A stretch of 64,000 nt of DNA from NCBI GenBank assembly GCA_964493305.1, contig CAZBLW010000001.1, forward strand, positions 305,484 to 369,483, given 5' to 3'. Shown here one piece after another: positions 30,678 through 43,929 of the stretch. The position numbers and the translations under genes are program-made. Source of the stretch: an uncultured Gammaproteobacteria bacterium (GTDB lineage: Bacteria > Patescibacteriota > Patescibacteriia > S139-126). The notes beneath the pieces were generated by a model. The model saw only the letters and a list, made by a program, of their open reading frames with translations. It was not told the origin of the DNA and searched no databases. Numbering within the stretch: position 1 is the first letter of the stretch; each line of letters starts with the position of its first letter.

Positions 30678-31112
30678 ATGAAAAAAATTAAATTTGAAAT
30701 AATCACTCCCGAAAGAGTTGTCTATAAAGCTGAAGTTGATAGTATTACTATTCCTACCTCAACCGGAGAAATTACTGTTTTGCCAGATCATATTCCTTTA
30801 ATTTCTTTGTTGGTGCCAGGCGAGTTACATGTGAAAATTGGCAATGAAGAAGAATTAATGGCAGTGTCTGGGGGATTTATTGAAGTTCGCAAGGATAAAG
30901 TGGTAATTCTTTCTGATACCGCTGAACTGGCTCACGAAATTGATTTAGCAGCCGTGGAGGAAGCAAAAGCTAGAGCAGAAAAATTATTGCGAGAAAAACA
31001 GACTGAAAAGATTGACTATGTAGCCTTGGCAGCTAATTTAGAAAGAGAATTAGCTCGCCTCAAAGTGGGCAATAAATATAAACGTATTAGACGGCAAAAA
31101 CCAACCGAATAA
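30678..31112 (+). CDS. atpC: ATP synthase F1 epsilon subunit.
   Basis: Beta-sandwich domain plus helical hairpin, and operon position. Confidence 0.85.
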   Translation: MKKIKFEIITPERVVYKAEVDSITIPTSTGEITVLPDHIPLISLLVPGELHVKIGNEEELMAVSGGFIEVRKDKVVILSDTAELAHEIDLAAVEEAKARAEKLLREKQTEKIDYVALAANLERELARLKVGNKYKRIRRQKPTE

Positions 31113-31184
31113 ACCATTGACAAAAACTTTAAAAAGTTTATAATAATCTATCAACGAACATTAATATATAAAAAAGGAGAAAAT

Positions 31185-31613
31185 ATGTCTCATCAAGAAG
31201 TAGAAAACATTCATGTCATTTGTACGGATCCCAGGATCCAAAAGTTATACCACGAATGGTTGGTTAAAAATGATTTATTTGGGAAGTTTGATACTATCCA
31301 ATTTGAAAATCCAATTCTTTCGTTTTTATATCCTGCCACTAGGCAAGCTATGCTAGCTCGTCTTGGAGCCTATATTAAACTTCACGGACCACATACCGTG
31401 GTACTTATTGATCACTTTGATTGTGGCGCTTATAAGTTGTCAGGATATTCATTTGTTGATTTTACAGTAGAAGCAAAAAAACACGAAGAAAATAACAAAT
31501 TAGTAAAAGAAATTATTCAAAATGCATACCCTCAGCTCAAGGTAGATATTAAATATATTAATATTACCGGTGATTCATGTGAATGGATTGAGAATATTCA
31601 AGATTACTATTAA
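31185..31613 (+). CDS. Small beta-class carbonic-anhydrase-like protein (142 aa).
   Basis: Both zinc-ligand signatures of the beta-CA family are present: ICTDPRI (CxDxR) and IDHFDCGA (HxxCG). Strong RBS AAAGGAG. The protein is shorter than typical beta-CAs. Confidence 0.4.
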   Translation: MSHQEVENIHVICTDPRIQKLYHEWLVKNDLFGKFDTIQFENPILSFLYPATRQAMLARLGAYIKLHGPHTVVLIDHFDCGAYKLSGYSFVDFTVEAKKHEENNKLVKEIIQNAYPQLKVDIKYINITGDSCEWIENIQDYY

Positions 31614-31632
31614 TTCTACTTTTATAAATAAT

Positions 31633-31668
31633 AAACCGCTTGCTTGTTAGGCGGTTTTATTTTTTTTA
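31633..31668 (+). terminator. Rho-independent terminator.
   Basis: AAACCGC-11 nt-GCGGTTT followed by T9. Confidence 0.7.
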
Positions 31669-31721
31669 AAAAAATCCCACTTAGTTAAAGTGAGGTTATT
31701 TTATTTAATTTGAATGAAAAA

Positions 31722-31743
31722 GCCTACCAAGTTTGGTAGGCTA
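31722..31743 (-). terminator. Terminator for the 31750..32043 gene.
   Basis: AGCCTACC-aagttt-GGTAGGCT, with T5 following on the minus strand. Confidence 0.5.
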
Positions 31744-31749
31744 AAAAAA

Positions 31750-32043
31750 TTATTTTTGGCCGCGGATAAATGTTCCACGGAAATTCTTTTTCTTTTTATT
31801 TTTTTCGTGTATCGCTTTATAAGCGATGAATAAAAAGGAAAACCCAGCTGCAACATAAACAATTGTCGGATTTTCTTTATTAAAAAGAAGAAAAGAATTA
31901 ATTGCATCCCCCATAAAGAGGGAATTGGTGGTACCCAGGAGAGCCCAAGCAACTACTGCAAAGATAATTAAAAGTATTATCATTAGATAGGCTATACTTA
32001 TTAGCCCAAAAATAATCACTAGAGAAAGAATTATATCTTTCAT
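31750..32043 (-). CDS. Small membrane protein (~98 aa, 2 TM). The start is taken at MKDII, preceded by AGGAAC; the track ORF is longer and an overlapping alternative frame was rejected.
   Basis: Hydrophobic ORF with its own promoter and terminator. Confidence 0.5.
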   Translation of the reverse strand: MKDIILSLVIIFGLISIAYLMIILLIIFAVVAWALLGTTNSLFMGDAINSFLLFNKENPTIVYVAAGFSFLFIAYKAIHEKNKKKKNFRGTFIRGQK

Positions 32044-32088
32044 TTTTTTGTTCCTTTTTTTATTGATTTTAAATAACACTAACTACTA

Positions 32089-32117
32089 ATGATAGCACAT
32101 TTTTGGGATTTTGTCAA
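32089..32117 (-). promoter_or_regulatory. Sigma-70 promoter, copy 1 of a duplicated promoter cassette.
   Basis: On the minus strand: TTGACA-aaatcccaaaaatgtgc-TATCAT. The spacer is near-identical to that of the promoter at 57377-57405. Confidence 0.55.
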
Positions 32118-32139
32118 TCCTACCTGGAATTAAAATAAC

Positions 32140-32168
32140 AAGAATAAAACCTCGTTTGTTAAAACGAG
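32140..32168 (-). terminator. Terminator of the 32159..32587 gene; the hairpin overlaps its stop.
   Basis: AAACCTCGTTT-gtta-AAACGAGGTTT (11 bp) with U-rich flanks. Confidence 0.6.
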
Positions 32169-32587
32169 GTTTGTTTAATATTTTTTAAAATATTAATTAT
32201 TACTATAAGGGCTATTATTAAGACAGTGGGAATAAAGGAAAAATAACTTTTTGTTATTTCTAGAATAGCAGTACAAACAATTATTGAGGGAAACAAAGCT
32301 AAAACAAGAATAGTAGAAATTATAGCCAAATATTCTTTTTGGCTGGATTTGAATTTTTTTCTGATAATCAGATAATATCTGATAAAAAATGTGACACCTA
32401 CTATACCTAAAGGTATAGATAAAAACCAAAAGTTTAAAATTATATTAATAATATTTATAGATCTGTTTATGGAGGGAAAGGTTTTATAACCAAAAATATA
32501 AAAATATAAACTTGTAGTTATTAGGCAAAGAAAAAAGCCAAAGCTCCATATAAGATTAGCCGGCTGGCTTAAATTGATTTTTTTCAT
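32159..32587 (-). CDS. Hypothetical membrane protein (~142 aa, 4 TM). The start is taken at MKKINL, preceded by AGGTG.
   Basis: The longer track ORF would begin inside its own promoter. Confidence 0.5.
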   Translation of the reverse strand: MKKINLSQPANLIWSFGFFLCLITTSLYFYIFGYKTFPSINRSINIINIILNFWFLSIPLGIVGVTFFIRYYLIIRKKFKSSQKEYLAIISTILVLALFPSIIVCTAILEITKSYFSFIPTVLIIALIVIINILKNIKQTSF

Positions 32588-32632
32588 GATTACACCTGAA
32601 TTTATTTGATTGTTAATGATAGGAATAAGATA

Positions 32633-32660
32633 ATTTATCATAAAAATAAAGTTTTGTCAA
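32633..32660 (-). promoter_or_regulatory. Sigma-70 promoter with an extended -10.
   Basis: On the minus strand: TTGACA-16-tgATAAAT. Confidence 0.45.
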
Positions 32661-32689
32661 TCATATCTAAGGATGTTAAAATAAGTATT

Positions 32690-35600
32690 ATGGAGATAAA
32701 TCTAGATAATTTAAATAATGAGCAAAAACAGGCAGTGACTCATGGTGATGGCCCCTTGTTAATCGTTGCGGGCGCTGGCACTGGTAAAACCACAGTCATT
32801 ACTCAACGGATAAACTGGTTGATTCAAGAAAAAAAAATAGCCACTGATCAAATATTAGCTTTGACTTTTACGGAAAAAGCCGCTGGAGAAATGGAAGAAA
32901 GGATTGATAAGGCTTTACCTTATGGTTATGTGGAATTATGGGTTTCAACTTTTCATGCTTTTTGCGAAAGGATTTTGCGATTACACGCTCTTGATATCGG
33001 ATTGTCAACAAATTTTAAATTACTAGATCAAACTCAAGGGTGGTTGCTGATTAAAAAAAATTTGGAAAAATTTGCACTTGATTATTATCGTCCTTTAGGT
33101 AATCCGACTAAATTTATCCATGCCCTATTGCAACATTTTTCACGATGTAAAGATGAAGAAATATACCCCCAAGATTATTTGCGTTATGCTGAGGAGTTGA
33201 AAATAAATCTTGATGATATGGAGGGAAGTAAAGGAAATTCTAGAATTAAGAATAAAGAATTAAGAATTAAAGGTAAAAACAATGAGATTAGTGAACAAGA
33301 AATTGATAGGTTGAATGAAGTGGCCAATGCTTATCACACTTATCAACAAATATTGTTGGCAAATAATTCATTGGATTTTGGTGATTTGATAAATTACACT
33401 TTAAAATTATTTAAAACCAGACCGCAAATTCTTCAAAAATATCAGCAACAATTTAAGTATGTTTTAGTTGATGAATTTCAGGATACCAATTGGGCGCAAT
33501 ATGAATTGATTAAATTGTTAGCCAGACCTAAAAACAATATCACCGTAGTCGGTGATGATGACCAATCTATTTATAAATTTCGGGGAGCATCAGTTTCCAA
33601 TATTTTAAATTTTAAAAAAGATTTTCCTAAGGCAAGGGAGGTATTTCTCCAAACCAATTACCGCAGTGGGCAAGAAATTTTAGATTTAGCATACAATTTT
33701 ATCCAACTCAATAACCCCGACAGGTTGGAAATAAAACTCTCTACTCGTAGTCAGAAATTATCCAAACAACTGCTAGCTTATCATCAGCCAGTCAGTATGG
33801 TTAGTTATGATTTTTATGATTCATTGGAGCAAGAGGTAGAAAAAGTGGTGGATAATATTATGACCTTAAAAGAACAAGACCAAGAAACAAGTTGGAATGA
33901 TTTTGCTATCTTGGTGCGAGCTAATGATAGTGCTACTGAATTTATTCAGGAATTAGAGAATCGACAAATACCTTTTCAATTTTTAGCTTCCCGGGGGTTA
34001 TATTTTAAGCCGGTTATTTTGGATATAATCAATTATCTCCGTTTACTTGATGATTATCGGGAATCACCCTCGTTGTATCGCATACTGAATTTACCGGTTT
34101 TGAAAATTACTGAACAACAAATAATAAATTTAAATTATTGGTCCGGTCGCAAAGCCTGGTCTTTATTTGAAACCTTGCGTAATATTGCCACTATCAACAA
34201 CGTCAGCCCAGAAACCATAAAGGAAGTAAATAAATTGTTAGCTTGGATAGATAGACACACCAAATTAGCCAAGGATAAACCAGTAACCAAAGTAATAATG
34301 TCTTTTTTAGAAGACACTGGTTACAGTCAATATTTATCTAAACTTGAACCCAACAAAGCTCAAAATGCGATTGGTTATTTGAATCAGTTTTTAACTAAAG
34401 CCCGAGACTTTGAACGCAGTTTAGTTGATAATAGGGTTAGTGATTTTTTGGATGAGTTGGAAATGGAATTGGAAGCTGGGGAGCAAGGTAGTTTGTCTTG
34501 GCAGTTTGATACCGGACCAGAAGCTGTAAGTATAATGACTGTTCATGGAGCTAAAGGTTTGGAATTTAAGTATGTATTTATACCCAATTTAGTTGATAAA
34601 CGTTTTCCGACAATTGAGAGAAAAGAACCAATTGCCTTGCCTGATAAATTGATTAAGGATATTTTGCCCGAGGGGGATGCTCATATACAAGAAGAAAGAC
34701 GTTTGTTGTATGTGGCTATCACCCGAGCCAGGAGTGGTTTGTTTTTGTCAGGTGCCAAAGATTATGGGGGAGTGCGTGAAAAAAAACCCAGTCAGTTTTT
34801 GTATGAGTTAGGCATGGTCAGTAATCAAAACCAGACAAATAAAAAAGATACAAAAAAAACAGTAAGTAAGGTTAATAAAAATAGCTCCTCAAATTCGCCA
34901 GTAAGATCTTACGAACTACAACTACCTAAAACTTTTTCTTATAGTCAAATTAGTTCTTTTTTAGCCTGTCCTTTACAATATAAATTTGCCTATATTTTAA
35001 AAATACCGGTAAAAGGTAAATATACTTTTAGTTTTGGCAGTACAATTCATCAGACTTTGCAAAGGTTTTTTGAGCTGGTAAAATCCAGCGTGACTTTAAA
35101 ACAAACAGATTTATTTAATAAATCGGAAAATAACGCCAATAAATTACCTACCCTTGATGATTTAAGGCAAATTTATGAACAAGCCTGGATTGATGATTGG
35201 TATGATTCTAAATTACAACAGGAACAGTATAAGAAAAAAGGCAAATTAGCTTTAGAAAAATTTTATCAAGATTGGGCAAAAGAAAAAAATATTCCTGAAA
35301 GATTGGAAAACAGATTTAAATTGCAAGTGGGCGAGTTTGTTTTATCTGGTGCCATTGACCGGGTTGATAGATTGGCCGACAATAGTTTAGAAATAATTGA
35401 TTATAAAACTGGCAGTGCTAAGGAAAAATTGGAAACAGACAACAAGCGGCAGTTATTGATTTATCAGCTAGCGGCTAACCAGCATTTAAAAGAACAGGTA
35501 GGAAAACTTACTTATTATTATATCGAAGAGGGGAAAAAACTTTCCTTTTTAGGCAGTGATCAGGATTTAACAGATCTTAAAGAAAAGATTGTTACCACTA

Positions 35601-35701
35601 TTAAGGAAATGAAAAAAAGTGACTTTGCTCCCACTCCCAGTCCTCAGTTGTGTAAGTTTTGCGATTTCAATAAAATTTGTGAATATTCACAGGCGAAGTG
35701 A
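32690..35701 (+). CDS. UvrD/PcrA-type SF1 helicase fused to a C-terminal RecB/Cas4-like PD-(D/E)XK nuclease with a four-Cys cluster (AddA-like helicase-nuclease).
   Basis: AGAGTGKTT, VLVDEFQDTN, VVGDDDQSIYKFRGA, TVHGAKGLEF, VAITRAR. C-terminus has GAIDRVD…EIIDYKTG and Cys at FLACP plus CKFCDFNKIC. The start is taken at MEINLDNL; the track ORF begins at 32606. Confidence 0.85.
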   Translation: MEINLDNLNNEQKQAVTHGDGPLLIVAGAGTGKTTVITQRINWLIQEKKIATDQILALTFTEKAAGEMEERIDKALPYGYVELWVSTFHAFCERILRLHALDIGLSTNFKLLDQTQGWLLIKKNLEKFALDYYRPLGNPTKFIHALLQHFSRCKDEEIYPQDYLRYAEELKINLDDMEGSKGNSRIKNKELRIKGKNNEISEQEIDRLNEVANAYHTYQQILLANNSLDFGDLINYTLKLFKTRPQILQKYQQQFKYVLVDEFQDTNWAQYELIKLLARPKNNITVVGDDDQSIYKFRGASVSNILNFKKDFPKAREVFLQTNYRSGQEILDLAYNFIQLNNPDRLEIKLSTRSQKLSKQLLAYHQPVSMVSYDFYDSLEQEVEKVVDNIMTLKEQDQETSWNDFAILVRANDSATEFIQELENRQIPFQFLASRGLYFKPVILDIINYLRLLDDYRESPSLYRILNLPVLKITEQQIINLNYWSGRKAWSLFETLRNIATINNVSPETIKEVNKLLAWIDRHTKLAKDKPVTKVIMSFLEDTGYSQYLSKLEPNKAQNAIGYLNQFLTKARDFERSLVDNRVSDFLDELEMELEAGEQGSLSWQFDTGPEAVSIMTVHGAKGLEFKYVFIPNLVDKRFPTIERKEPIALPDKLIKDILPEGDAHIQEERRLLYVAITRARSGLFLSGAKDYGGVREKKPSQFLYELGMVSNQNQTNKKDTKKTVSKVNKNSSSNSPVRSYELQLPKTFSYSQISSFLACPLQYKFAYILKIPVKGKYTFSFGSTIHQTLQRFFELVKSSVTLKQTDLFNKSENNANKLPTLDDLRQIYEQAWIDDWYDSKLQQEQYKKKGKLALEKFYQDWAKEKNIPERLENRFKLQVGEFVLSGAIDRVDRLADNSLEIIDYKTGSAKEKLETDNKRQLLIYQLAANQHLKEQVGKLTYYYIEEGKKLSFLGSDQDLTDLKEKIVTTIKEMKKSDFAPTPSPQLCKFCDFNKICEYSQAK
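33238..33275. repeat. Heptad-repeat element inside the UvrD-like helicase coding sequence (TCTAGAA TTAAGAA TAAAGAA TTAAGAA TTAAAGG, translating to SRIKNKELRIKGK).
   Basis: Same (C/G)TAGAA(TTAAGAA)n structure as the other copies. Lies in a variable surface region between helicase motifs. Confidence 0.55.
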
Positions 35702-35745
35702 AGTTAGTATAAAGTATTAAGAAGTAAGTATTAAGTATAAAAATA
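35702..35745. repeat. Diverged heptad array (…AGTATTA AGAAGTA AGTATTA AGTAT…) immediately after the UvrD-like stop codon.
   Basis: Period-7 units related to the 56731 array. Confidence 0.35.
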
Positions 35746-35757
35746 AACTATAAAAAA

Positions 35758-35786
35758 ATCCCGCTTACTAAGCGGGATTTTTATTT
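35758..35786. terminator. Bidirectional terminator between the helicase and the antiporter gene.
   Basis: ATCCCGCTT-act-AAGCGGGAT flanked by an A-run and a T-run. Confidence 0.7.
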
Positions 35787-37240
35787 TAGACAGCTGATTG
35801 AGAATTTTCCATTGGTTCCGGAGAGGTGGGTTTATCCATTTTTTTCAGCAGGTAATTTAGGATTGGGGGAGTAGCCAGGGTGGTGAGTATTACCATAATG
35901 ACAATTACCGAAAAGACCTCTTCTGATACTACACCTAAACCGCGACCGATCACGGCAAAAATTAAACCAACTTCGCCTCGGGGTACCATACCAAAGCCAA
36001 CTAACCACTTGTGCACTTTGCCTGCGGCTAGTCCTGCTACAATCTTACCAATAAAAGCGACCAAGGTAATACCCAGTGCTACCATAAGGACAGGTAAGTT
36101 AAACATTGTTTGCAAGTTGACATTAATTCCAGTATGAACAAAAAATAGTGGTACTAAAAAGAAACCAATCGGTTCAATCAAATCTTCAATATGACGATGA
36201 GAATGATGTTCCAGAGCTTTGTTCATTTTTTCTTTTAAGTTTTGGTCAGGATATTCATTGATAACTTCTTTGACATCCTCAACAACTTGAGGGTCTTTAA
36301 AATATTTAAAATGAACCGGATCAAGGATAAGACCAGCGGCAAAAGCACCGACAATGGGTGCTAAACCAATCATTTGTGCTAAAAAGGCTAAAAACAAGCC
36401 AAAAGAGATAGCTAGGGTCAATTTCATACCTACACCAGTTTGGATTTTGGCAAAGAATTTACCCAAGTACGGCGCTAGGATTTGGCCAATAATAATTGAC
36501 AAAGCTAAAAACAAAATTGCTTTAGCTGTAATCCAAGTAATTACCCCCAAGCCCACAGAACCGACAGTTACAATCGCGGAGACTACAGCCAAAATAATTA
36601 AACCTAAAACGTCATCAATAACTGCTGCTCCCAAAACAATTTGTGCTTCTGGTATTTGCAATTTATTTAAATCTTTGAAAACTCTGGCAGTAATACCAAC
36701 TGAAGTAGCAGTTAAAGTAGCTCCTAAAAATAAATAAGCATTACTGGTTAAGCCCGGTAGTATCCAAGGACCAACCACATAGGTTCCTAAAACAAATGGA
36801 GCAACAACACCGACCATAGCTACCAAAAAAGCTCTCAGTCCCACTTGCTTCATCTTGGCAATATTTGATTCGAGGCCAATTTGAAAAAGCAAAATTACTA
36901 CACCTAACTCTGACAAGAAAGTTATAATCGGATCTGATTTTATCGGTTCAAACCAATGGATACCAATCAAGGCAAGGTTACCTAGGATGACACCAATGAC
37001 TAATTCTCCCAAAACTGATGGTTGGCCAAATTTTTCGACCAAGTTGGAGATTTTAGCCGCTATCAACAAAACCGCAATCCACAAGAAAGTAAAAGCAGCT
37101 GAGTGACCAGCCCCGCCTTCTTCAGTAGCCGCTTGGGCAATAGAAGTAATTGCTAGAGCTATAATCGGAGTTAAGCGCCAAAATAAGCGATGAGCCAATA
37201 TTTTACCAAAGGTTTTTTTGGTATTAGAATAATTCAGCAT
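35786..37240 (-). CDS. Cation:proton antiporter (CPA-family Na+/H+ exchanger) with a ~60-aa hydrophilic insertion.
   Basis: ~12 TM, with Na_H_exchanger-like blocks …GRGLGVVSEEVF… and …LFLGATLTATSVGITARVF…. Confidence 0.75.
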   Translation of the reverse strand: MLNYSNTKKTFGKILAHRLFWRLTPIIALAITSIAQAATEEGGAGHSAAFTFLWIAVLLIAAKISNLVEKFGQPSVLGELVIGVILGNLALIGIHWFEPIKSDPIITFLSELGVVILLFQIGLESNIAKMKQVGLRAFLVAMVGVVAPFVLGTYVVGPWILPGLTSNAYLFLGATLTATSVGITARVFKDLNKLQIPEAQIVLGAAVIDDVLGLIILAVVSAIVTVGSVGLGVITWITAKAILFLALSIIIGQILAPYLGKFFAKIQTGVGMKLTLAISFGLFLAFLAQMIGLAPIVGAFAAGLILDPVHFKYFKDPQVVEDVKEVINEYPDQNLKEKMNKALEHHSHRHIEDLIEPIGFFLVPLFFVHTGINVNLQTMFNLPVLMVALGITLVAFIGKIVAGLAAGKVHKWLVGFGMVPRGEVGLIFAVIGRGLGVVSEEVFSVIVIMVILTTLATPPILNYLLKKMDKPTSPEPMENSQSAV

Positions 37241-37433
37241 AATTAATTAAAAATTAGAAAATAAAAGACCTATCCTGATAACCAGGATAAATCTATAAAA
37301 TTATACTTATATTTTGTAAAAATAGCAATGGTTTTTTTATTTTTAGATGTGGAAATCTGGTTGGTTAAATGGTTTGTCAAAAAATAATAATAAAGCTAAG
37401 ATAACTTAGTATTATTGGACAATTTGTATTTTT

Positions 37434-37733
37434 ATGTCTACATTTTCAGCTTTTAAAGATTTATTACCAAAACATATAAAAAGCAAAGGTTTAGCCGCCA
37501 AAGTCGAGGCTACTTTGATAGTAGAAGAGTTTGATAAAATTGTGCCTAAAATCTGGGATCAAACGATGTCGCCTTATATGAAAGCGGTTTATTATAAAAA
37601 TAAAGTTTTGGCCGTGGCGGTTTTACACCCAACCGTAGCACAAGAAATCAAGCAAAAAAAATTATTGATAATAACTGAAATAAACAGAAAATTTGGTGCT
37701 GGTAAAATAATCGATATTAAAATTATGATTTAA
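37434..37733 (+). CDS. DUF721-like (DciA-like) small protein.
   Basis: 99 aa with N-terminal KDLLPKHIKSKGL…, central AVLHPTVAQEIK and C-terminal …IIDIKIMI, resembling DUF721. Confidence 0.35.
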   Translation: MSTFSAFKDLLPKHIKSKGLAAKVEATLIVEEFDKIVPKIWDQTMSPYMKAVYYKNKVLAVAVLHPTVAQEIKQKKLLIITEINRKFGAGKIIDIKIMI

Positions 37734-37857
37734 AAATATTTTAGCTAATATTAAATAAAAAAAATATATATTTATCCCCAAAATTCGGTTTGAAAATTAG
37801 GATAAAAAATGGTAAAATATAACACAGGGTAAAACCTGTTTTGTATTTTTTTTATTT

Positions 37858-38244
37858 ATGACCTTACGAAAATACTTAATGCTTATGAGTATGGCTAGCT
37901 TGGTTTGTTGGCTGGCTTTTTTTATGGTGGTGTTTTATATGAATCCTTTCTCTACCGGGTTGATTGCGGTTATTTTCTTTTATACAAGTTTATTTTTAGC
38001 GGTAGTAGGAACTTTGGCTATTGTTGGTTTTGCCTTGAGACGTAAATTTTTACAAGGTGAATTGATATTTCGTCAAGTTGCCGTGACTTTTCGCCAAGCT
38101 TTTTGGTTTGGTCTGTTGGTGGTATTAAGTTTATGGTTACAAAGAGTAAACCTTTTTACTTGGTACAATGCACTTTTATTGGTTTTAGCTTTAGCTACTT
38201 TAGAGTTTTTCTTTTTATCGACTAAAAGAACCAAAATAAATTAA
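37858..38244 (+). CDS. Hypothetical membrane protein (128 aa, 4 TM).
   Basis: Hydrophobic ORF immediately upstream of pheS. Confidence 0.45.
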   Translation: MTLRKYLMLMSMASLVCWLAFFMVVFYMNPFSTGLIAVIFFYTSLFLAVVGTLAIVGFALRRKFLQGELIFRQVAVTFRQAFWFGLLVVLSLWLQRVNLFTWYNALLLVLALATLEFFFLSTKRTKIN

Positions 38245-38245
38245 T

Positions 38246-39256
38246 ATGTTAAAAGACGATTTTAAAAATTTATTGAAACAGGTACAGGTTGATATTAAAG
38301 CCAATATGACTAAAGACGATTGGTTGGCTTTGGAAAAGAAATATTTAGGTCGTAAAGGGGAGTTGAGTAAATTGATGGATAGTTTAAAGGTAGTGGCTGT
38401 TGAAGAAAAAAAAGAGTTAGGTCAATTGGCCAATACAGTGAAACAAGAATTGGATGTTTTTTTTAAAAAACAAAAAAATATTTTTCAGACTGATATTGAT
38501 AATAATCTTAAAATCGATTTAACTCTGCCCGGGAGAAAGTCAAAGTTGGGGACTTTACATCCAATTACTCAGATACAATATGAGTTGGAGGATATTTTTA
38601 CTGGACTAGGTTTTATAGTTGAGGATGGACCGGAAGTGGAATCAGAATATTATAATTTTGATGCACTGAATATTGCCCCTTATCATCCGGCGCGCGATAT
38701 TCAGGATACTTTTTTTACCAGTGAAGGCAATATATTGAGAACCCATACTTCGCCAGTACAAGTTAGAGCTATGGAAAAATATGGTGCGCCTTTGCGAGTA
38801 GTTGCTCCTGGTAGAGTGTTTCGCAACGAAGCTACTGACGCTTCCCATGAGCACACTTTTTATCAATTAGAGGGTTTGATGATTGATAAAAATATTAGTA
38901 TTAGCAATCTTATTGCGGTGATGAAAGAATTGTTGCAAGGTATTTTTAAACGTGAAGTAACAGTGAGATTACGACCTGGATATTTTCCTTTTGTCGAACC
39001 AGGTTTTGAATTGGATATCAAATGTTTAATTTGTCAGGGTAGGGGTTGTAGTGTTTGTAAACAAAATGGTTGGTTAGAATTGTTACCTTGTGGGTTGGTA
39101 CATCCCAATGTTTTACGAGCGGGTGGTCTAGATCCCAATGAGTGGAGTGGTTTTGCCTTTGGTTTGGGACTAACTAGATTGGTTATGATGCGTTACGGCA
39201 TTGAAGATATCAGGTTATTGTTGGGTAATGATCTTAGATTTTTAAAACAATTTTAA
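38246..39256 (+). CDS. pheS: Phenylalanyl-tRNA synthetase alpha subunit.
   Basis: FRNEATDASHEHTFYQLEG and GFAFGLGLTRLVMMRYGIEDIR. Confidence 0.9.
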   Translation: MLKDDFKNLLKQVQVDIKANMTKDDWLALEKKYLGRKGELSKLMDSLKVVAVEEKKELGQLANTVKQELDVFFKKQKNIFQTDIDNNLKIDLTLPGRKSKLGTLHPITQIQYELEDIFTGLGFIVEDGPEVESEYYNFDALNIAPYHPARDIQDTFFTSEGNILRTHTSPVQVRAMEKYGAPLRVVAPGRVFRNEATDASHEHTFYQLEGLMIDKNISISNLIAVMKELLQGIFKREVTVRLRPGYFPFVEPGFELDIKCLICQGRGCSVCKQNGWLELLPCGLVHPNVLRAGGLDPNEWSGFAFGLGLTRLVMMRYGIEDIRLLLGNDLRFLKQF

Positions 39257-39259
39257 GTT

Positions 39260-43722
<4,463 letters not shown>

Positions 43723-43828
43723 TCAGTCTTACCACAGTCGCAAATTAGCTTTAAATAATTTGGATTTTTAGTAATTTTTGTAATAAAAATTTAGCTTTAT
43801 CGTGGCAAAATGTATCCTTAGTTAAGAC

Positions 43829-43856
43829 TTGCAAAATCTGGTAAAGTTGATATAAT
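43829..43856 (+). promoter_or_regulatory. Candidate promoter upstream of secE-nusG-rplKA.
   Basis: TTGCAA-16-TATAAT. It is followed at 43871-43894 by the hairpin AAAAGCCC-8 nt-GGGCTTTT. Confidence 0.4.
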
Positions 43857-43929
43857 ATATTTAGTTTTATAAAAGCCCACGACCAAGGGCTTTTAAAAAA
43901 GCTTAAATTTATTTAATATTAGCCAATTT

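Noticed and set aside
31701-31952. Alternative minus-strand frame overlapping the 31750..32043 small membrane gene.
   Set aside because: The 31750..32043 frame has the RBS (AGGAAC) and hydrophobic TM helices; the alternative frame lacks both.
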